Assembly (NCBI RefSeq): GCF_004010195.1
Contig: NW_025214621.1
Location: forward strand, 1 to 41,604
Source of the DNA: Chiloscyllium plagiosum
Taxonomy: Eukaryota
Length of the DNA stretch: 41,604 nt
Direction: 5' to 3'
Shown: piece after piece, positions 34,590-41,604 of the stretch
How the letters are laid out: every line of letters begins with the position of its first letter
Numbering within the stretch: the first letter of the stretch is position 1
The notes under the pieces: model-generated
Seen by the model: only the letters and a program-made list of their open reading frames with translations
Told to the model about the DNA's origin: nothing
Databases searched by the model: none
Program-made: the position numbers and the translations under genes

Positions 34590-35412
34590 GACCACCTTAT
34601 CCACTTGTGTTGCTACTTTGAGGAAACTGCGGGCTTATGTGCCTAGATCTCTCTCTCTTTTCTGACGCTTCTCAGGGTTCTGCCATTTACAGAATACTAC
34701 TCTCCTCCCAAAATACATCACTTCCCATTTGTTCAGATGAATTTACATCTGCAATTTCTCTGACCAAATCTCTAGCTATCTATATCCTGCTGCATCCTCT
34801 GGCAATCTTCCTCACCATCCACAGCTTTCTTAATCTTTGTGTTGTTCTCAGACCATCTACGTTCTCTTCCAAATCACTGTACGTATTACAAACAAAAGCG
34901 GTCCCAGCACTGATCTCTGCGGCACACCAGTCGTCACAGATCTCCATCAGAAAAACATCCTCCCCTGCTTATTGCTGTCTTCTGTGACCAAGCCAGTTCT
35001 GTACCCACCTTATCAACACAACACAGATCACACATAACTTCATCTTCTTTATCAGCCTGCCATGAGGGACCTTATCAGAGGCCTTGCTAAAGTCCATTTG
35101 ACAACATCAAGCACTCCGCTCTCATTAATAATCTTTGTCGCTTCTTCAAAGAACTCAATCAAGTGGGTGAGGAATGAGCTCCCCCACACAAAACCATGCT
35201 CCCTCTCGCAAATAACTGTGAGTATATTCTTGCTAAAAAAACCTTCTTCAATAATTTCCCTACCACTGACCTAAGACTCAACAGGTTATAATTTCCTGGA
35301 CTGTCTCTGTTGTCTTTCTGAGACAAAGGAAGAGCATTGGCTATTTACCATTTCTCTGGAACCTCTTCTGTGACTAATGAGGATACAATCATTCATATGG
35401 GCCCCCAGCAAT
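34590..35412 (-). mobile_element. CR1 RT fragment
   Basis: Collinear with the minus-strand CR1 at 40200-41050 (cccagcactgatctctgcggcacacca; gccttgctaaagtccat). Confidence 0.8.
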
Positions 35413-35414
35413 AT

Positions 35415-36448
35415 CTTCACCTGGATTACACCTCTTCCCACCCTACCTCTTGCAAAAATGCCATCCCGTATTCCCAATTCCTCCGCCTCCGCCGGATCTG
35501 CTCCCAGGAGGACCAGTTTCACCACAGAACACACCAGATGGCCTGCTTCTTTAGAGACTGCAATTTCCCTTCCCACATGGTTAAAGACGCCCTCCAACGC
35601 ATCTCGTCTACATCCCACACCTCCGGCCTCAGACCCAACCCCTCCAACCGTAACAAGGACAGAACGCCCCTGGTGCTCACCTTCCACCCTACCAACCTTC
35701 GCATAAACCAAATCATCCGCCTACATTTCCGCCACCTCCAAACAGACCCCACCACCAGGGATATATTTCCCTCNNNNNNNNNNNNNNNNNNNNNNNNNNN
35801 NNNNNNNNNNNNNNNNNNNNNNNNNNNNNNNNNNNNNNNNNNNNNNNNNNNNNNNNNNNNNNNNNNNNNNNNNNNNNNNNNNNNNNNNNNNNNNNNNNNN
35901 NNNNNNNNNNNNNNNNNNNNNNNNNNNNNNNNNNNNNNNNNNNNNNNNNNNNNNNNNNNNNNNNNNNNNNNNNNNNNNNNNNNNNNNNNNNNNNNNNNNN
36001 NNNNNNNNNNNNNNNNNNNNNNNNNNNNNNNNNNNNNNNNNNNNNNNNNNNNNNNNNNNNNNNNNNNNNNNNNNNNNNNNNNNNNNNNNNNNNNNNNNNN
36101 NNNNNNNNNNNNNNNNNNNNNNNNNNNNNNNNNNNNNNNNNNNNNNNNNNNNNNNNNNNNNNNNNNNNNNNNNNNNNNNNNNNNNNNNNNNNNNNNNNNN
36201 NNNNNNNNNNNNNNNNNNNNNNNNNNNNNNNNNNNNNNNNNNNNNNNNNNNNNNNNNNNNNNNNNNNNNNNNNNNNNNNNNNNNNNNNNNNNNNNNNNNN
36301 NNNNNNNNNNNNNNNNNNNNNNNNNCACTGCCTTTATGCCCAAAACGTCGATTTCGAGGCTCCTTGGATGCTGCCTGAACTGCTGTGCTCTTCCAGCACC
36401 ACTAATCCAGAATCTGGTTTCCTGCATCTGCAGTCATTGTTTTTACCT
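35415..36448 (+). mobile_element. Young Penelope 3' portion spanning the assembly gap
   Basis: Open frame LDYTSSHPTSCKNAIPYSQFLRLRRICSQED...PLVLTFHP before the gap. Terminal repeat (tatgcccaaaacgtcg...atctgcagtcattgtttttacct) after the gap. Confidence 0.88.
35774..36325. other. Assembly gap (552 N)
   Basis: Run of N. Confidence 1.
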
Positions 36449-36494
36449 CGATAAATACTTGCCTGACCAGCCAGACCTTATTTGTGAATGAAGT

Positions 36495-37060
36495 TTAAAA
36501 AATCCAGTTATCCTGACTCTCTGTTTTCTGTTGGTTAGATGGTCCTCTATCCGACCTAATGAATTCCCCTCACTCCATGTGACATTGTGTATTGACTTTT
36601 TCTGTGTAACCTTTTCAAATGCCTTTTGAATTCTACTGATACAAAATCTACAGGATTCCAATATTCACTTTGCTTATGGCATCTTCAAAGAACTCTAGCA
36701 AGTTAGTCAAACATGATTTCCCCTTCTCAAAACCATTCTGACTCTGATGGATTGTATTTTGACTTTCCAAATGTCCTAATTTTCCTTAATAATGGATTCT
36801 ATCAATTTCCCATCAATACATGCTAATCTAACTCACCTGTAATTTCCTATTTTCTGCCTCCCTCCCCTTTTGAATAAGAGTGTTCCATTTGCATTTTTCC
36901 AGAGGAACTGTTCCCGCATTCAGGGGATCTTGCAATGTTATAACCAATAGATTCAGTTCCTTTTAGGCTATAGGATGTAGGTCTCAGTCACTGGGGACTT
37001 ACCTGCCTTCAATCCCAACAGTTTGCTTTGCATGTTTTCCCTCGTGATGATGATTGTTCT
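36495..37060 (-). mobile_element. Old CR1 RT fragment
   Basis: Minus translation includes QKAFEKVTQK and LTNRKQRVRITGFF. Confidence 0.75.
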
Positions 37061-37274
37061 AAGTTCCTCATTTTCTATAACTTCTGTTCACCTGTCACTA
37101 AAGTAGTATTCACGTAGAGGGCATGGACTGAGAATTAGGGCCAGAATGTTCAGGAGAGATATAAGAAAGCATGTCTACACCCAAAAGGTGGTAGATGTTT
37201 GGAAATTTCCCTCACAAATGGCAGTGGATGCTGGTTCAATTGTTAATTTGAAATTTGAGATAGATACATTTTTG

Positions 37275-37802
37275 ATATACATTGACATAGATACATGGAC
37301 AAACACACCAACCATCCCCACCACTCCATGGTTGAACACTTCAACTTCCCCTCCCAATCTGCCAACGACAGGCAGGTTCTGGGTCTTCTCCATTGCCAAA
37401 CTCTTACCAACTGATGCCTGGAGGAAGAAGACCTCATTTTCAGCCTTGTGACTCTGAAACCACATGGGATTAATGTGGATATCACCAGTTCCCTCATTTC
37501 CCTTTACCCCCACATTATCTGTCTCAAGCCTCCAACGCGGCATCACCGCCTTGACCTGTCCATCACCTTTCCCATCTATCTGCTCCACTCTCCTCTCTGA
37601 CCAATCACCTTCTCCCCCACCTTCATCTAATATCACATTATCAGCTACCTTCTCCCAACCTCACCCCTCTCCCATTTATCTCTCAACACCTAGCCCACAA
37701 GCCTCTTTCCTGATAAAGGACTTTAGCCCGAAACATCAATTCTCCTGTTCTCGGATGCTGCCTAACCTGCTGTGCTTTTCTAGCACCACACTCTCAACAT
37801 AT
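37275..37802 (+). mobile_element. Penelope 3' fragment inserted in a CR1 3' end (host about 37115-37850)
   Basis: Similar to 30985-31480; decayed core cctgataaaggactttagcccgaaacatc. 11-bp TSD atacatttttg at 37264-37274 and 37803-37813. Confidence 0.85.
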
Positions 37803-37994
37803 ATACATTTTTGTTAAGTCATGGCATTAAGGGCTATGGACCAGAGACAGTTATATGAAATATCCTCTAAAAGATAATGAAGGAAGGTTGTGTGCCGAAC
37901 CTGAGAGAATGGGTGAGATTCTGAATGATTACTTTTCCAGCAACACATTTTCAGCTCTGATCTCCAGCATCTGCAGTCCTCACTTTCTCCTCCA

Positions 37995-39208
37995 TGTTAG
38001 ATTCAGGATTCAAGTGTTGGGCAGCTCGGGGTGTGTCTTGCATGGGTGATTTATTTGAGGGAGACACAATGATGTCCTTTGATCAGTTAGCATGGAAATA
38101 CGAGCTATCTAAAAGAGAACTCTTCTGTTTATTTTTTCAAGTTAAGAATTTTATTCAAAAAAACCTACACTTTTGATTGATCCCAACAAATCCGATATAG
38201 AGAGGAGGGTGTTCATGCTGAGAGTACACTTTCTGTTAGCACTTTATATCATCAGTTTGAGGGGATGCCCCTCAGCTGAGTTCGATTGGCTCTGCAGGAT
38301 ATGGGAGACAGAGCGAGGCGTTGAAGTTTCTTCAGAGGTGTGGGAAGATATTTGGGAAAATGCAAGAAAGGTATCAATTTGCAATCGGACCCATGCTTTA
38401 CAGTTGAAGATTCTCCATAGGGTCCACTTGGTTCTGGACTATTTGTCAAAATTTAAACCAGGGGTATCTTCAACATGTCCCAAGTGCAAGGTCTGTACGG
38501 ACACTCTCACCCATTGTCTCTGGACCTGTGGTAGGCTTCAAACATACTGGAGCACTGTGGCAGGTGGAATGGAGGGGATTTTGGGTGTAAGGGTGCAGAG
38601 GGACCCGATCTCTCTTCTTTTGGGCCTGCCCAGTGTGTTCCCTGCAGATGTGCATAAGAAAAAAATTTTCAATATCCTCACTTTTTGTGCAAGAAAGAAT
38701 ATCTTGCTAGGTTGGGTATCTGAAAACTCCCGGGACTGTTGGGTTGGCGGAAGATTGTTTTGGAATATATTCCCTTGGATTTTCTCACAAGTATAGTACA
38801 CCACAAAACTGAGAATTTTTATAAGACATAACAGCCCTTTTTGGAATACCTGGGCTCAGATTTATCTGCCACACTAACAAGGGCTTTTATATAGCTGTAA
38901 CGATTGGGTTTTACAAGTCCAATATCCAAGGAAGAGGATCTGTGAATGTATGACTGTCTTGTTTGGCTGAGTTGAGTTATTATTATTTATTAGTTTGTTG
39001 TTGGTTATTATTTATTTAGTTAAATAGTTAGTTGGGTTTTTATATTATATATTTTTCTATATATTATGGGGGTACATGGGGGTAAAGGGTTTCTTTACCT
39101 TTTTCTCTCGTGTTCTTTTTTTTGTACTGTTTTGAAATGTATTGTTTTGTATTTGTTGTAATATTAAAAAAATTATTTTTTCAATGAAAATATATCTTAA
39201 AAAAAAAG
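37995..39208 (+). mobile_element. L1-clade LINE, 5'-truncated: ORF2 C-terminal cysteine-rich domain, T-rich 3'UTR and poly(A)
   Basis: WEDIWEN...LQLKILHRVHL...CPKCKVCTDTLTHCLWTC..LQTYW is the CCHC zinc-binding region typical of fish L1 ORF2. A-tract at 39199-39207. Confidence 0.85.
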
Positions 39209-39211
39209 ATG

Positions 39212-41604
39212 GTGACTGGGAGGTCCGGTCAGCTCCTGCAGGCCCGGCTGTGATGCTTGGTGAAACGGGTCCTAAGTTTATGTTTTATCTCCCTGATGTA
39301 GAGAAGACCACATTGGGAGCACTGCATTCAGTAAACTAAATTGCAGGAGATGCAGGTGAACCTCTGTCTCACCTGGAAGCACTGCTTGAGGCCATGGATG
39401 GAGGTGGGGGTGGGGGGTGGTGGTGTGCCAACAAATTTTGCATCTTTTACGCTTGCAGGGAAAGGTACCTGGGGTTTTGGGGAAGGCTGGTGGGGAGAGT
39501 CATGTGAACCAGGAACGGGCACAATGAAAAGGTCACCCCAGTGCACTTGGACAAAGAACAAAGAACAAAGAAACTTTACAGCCCAGAAACAGGCCCTTTG
39601 GCCCTCCAAGCCTGAGCTGATCAAAGTCCACTGTCCAAACTTGTCGCCCAATTCCTAAGCATCTGTATCCCTCCGCTCCTCACCTACTCATGCATCTATC
39701 CAGCCACATCTTGAGTGAATCTACAGTGCCTGCCTCTACCACCTCTGCTGGCAACATGTAACAGGCACCTACCACTCTCTGTGAAAAATACTTGCTGCAT
39801 ATATACCCCTTAAACTTTTCACCTCTTAACTTGAACGCGTAACCTCTCGTTATTGAATCTTTCCCCCTGGGAGAAAGCTTATCTCTATCTACCCTGTCTA
39901 TACCCTTCATGATTTTGTCAACCTCAATCAGGTCCCCCCTCAATCTCCTTTTTTCTAATGAACACAATCCTAACCTACTCAACCTCTCTTCATAGCTAGA
40001 ACCTCCATACCAGGCAACATCCTCATAAACCTTCTCTGCACCCTCTCCAAAGCGTCCACATCCTTTTGGTAATGGGACAGCCAGAAATATACACAATATT
40101 CTAAATGCGGCCTAACCAATGTCTTGTACAATTTTAACATGACCTGCCAGCACTTATACTCAATACCCCGTCCAATGAAGGCAAGCATACTATATGCCTT
40201 CTTGACCACTCTATCCACCTGTGCAGCAACCTTCAGGGTACAATGGACCTGAACTCCCAGATCTCTCTGCTCATCAACTTTTCCCAAGGCTCTTCTGTTT
40301 ACTGTATAATTTCCCAAGGCTCTAGAATTAGACTTCCCAAAATGCATCACCTCACATTTGTCTGGATTGAACTCCATCTGCCACTTCTCTGCCCAACTCG
40401 CCAGTCTATCTATATCCTCCTGTATTCTCTGACATTCCCTTATGTTTTCTGCTACTCTACCAATTTTTGTGTCATCTGCAAACTTGCTGATCATACCAAC
40501 AGCTCCCTCTTCCAGATCATTTATGTATATTACAAACAACAGTGGCCCCAGCACTAATCCCTGTGGAACACCACTGGTCACCTTCCTCCATTTCAAGAAA
40601 CTTCCTTCAACCACTACTCTCTGTCTCCTGTTGTTCACCCAGTTCTTTATCCACCGAGCTAGAACACCCTGCACACCATGTGACTTCACTTTCTCCATTA
40701 GTTTACAGTGGGGAACCTTATCAAATGCCTTACTAAAGTCCATATGTATGACATCAACAGTCCTTCCTTCATCTATCAACATGGTCACTTCCACAAAGAA
40801 CAGTATTAAGTTGGTCAGCCATGATCTCCCCCACACAAGCCTATTATTTTCCAAGTATCAATAGATCCAATCCCTCAGTACCTTCTCCAGCAACTTTCAC
40901 ACCAGTGATGTCAGGCTCACTGGTCTGTAGTTACCTGGAATATCCCTACGATCCTTCTTGTACAGGGGGACAAAATGAGCAACATTCCAGTCCTCACCTG
41001 TATTTAAGGATGCCACAAAGATGTCTGTCAGGGCCCCAGCAATTTCCTCTCTTGCCTCCCTTAGGAACCTGGGATAGATCCCATCCAATCCTGGGGATTT
41101 GTCCACCTGGAGCTTATTAGGAAAACAACCGAATAAAATATAGCCCTCTCACCTTCATCTCTCACAACTGTGTACCTGCCCCACACACACAATCACTGGA
41201 TGAGAAATCCAGGAAACCAGCTAATGTTTTGGGAACCCTTGTCTTAATCCTGCCACTGTAGATAGAGGAATTTGAGGTCAACAAAATCTGGAATTAAAAT
41301 TCTAATGTAGGCCATGAAACAATTGTTGGGAAGGAATCCTGATCCGGTCTGGCATATACGTGACTCCAGACCCACAACAATGTGGTTTGCTTCTAACATG
41401 CCTCTGAAATCACTCAGTTTATTTTGTGACAAAGTCTCAAAAAAGGACTGAAACCAGACAGATCATCTGTCTTCGACCTACACTCTGGAAGTGACAACAT
41501 CAACCATAGCCCTGTCGACACTGAAAAGTAGTCCTTATTAACATCTGTGGGCTGTACCAACATTGGAAGAGCCGACATTCTTGATGAAGGGCTTTTGCCC
41601 AAAA
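39212..41604 (+). repeat. Second copy of segment 23926-24780 (39212-39550 plus 41111-41604), interrupted by a CR1
   Basis: Shares the same succession of unrelated repeat pieces and their junctions. ORFs 24573-24779 and 41414-41602 are near identical. Confidence 0.92.
39551..41100 (-). mobile_element. Young 5'-truncated CR1 with largely intact RT
   Basis: 291-aa ORF with MDFSKAFDKVPH, SGVPQGLVLGPLLF and KFADDTK. (CTTTGTT)n tail at 39551. Flanks gtgcacttgg and gtccacctgg form an imperfect TSD; the empty site is visible at 24241-24260. Confidence 0.95.

Noticed and set aside
35337..36491. 384-aa and 302-aa ORFs across the gap
   Set aside because: Inflated by the run of N; only the Penelope part before the gap is meaningful.
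39979..40854. Functional reverse transcriptase gene
   Set aside because: A 5'-truncated CR1 copy with frameshifts, lacking ORF1 and the endonuclease.

Overview
Eukaryotic, vertebrate DNA. The repeat families point to a cartilaginous fish (shark-type CR1 LINEs, HE1-like tRNA-derived SINEs, Penelope-like elements), probably a bamboo or carpet shark; this is an inference. The only host coding sequence I can support is two spliced + strand exons of an ADAM metalloprotease prodomain (19126-19202 and 20352-20526). The rest is intronic and almost entirely repetitive. It includes a 12.4-kb T-free GA/GC tandem array (182 apparently identical 65-bp units), which explains the four ~4,100-aa ORFs. It also includes many CR1 copies (two near full length), one L1-clade 3' fragment, several solo-LTR-like elements, and Penelope (RT + GIY-YIG) copies. 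A 552-N gap lies at 35774-36325. The most interesting signals are: (i) minimal hammerhead-ribozyme motifs (CUGANGA-A-stemII-GAAA-palindrome) with co-varying stem II in three or four distinct Penelope terminal-repeat families, many in short, partly fold-back insertions with target-site duplications (TSDs); (ii) a five-level nested transposon stack whose TSDs can all be read; (iii) local segmental duplications; (iv) internal evidence that the giant perfect array is either an assembly artefact or an extremely recent expansion.
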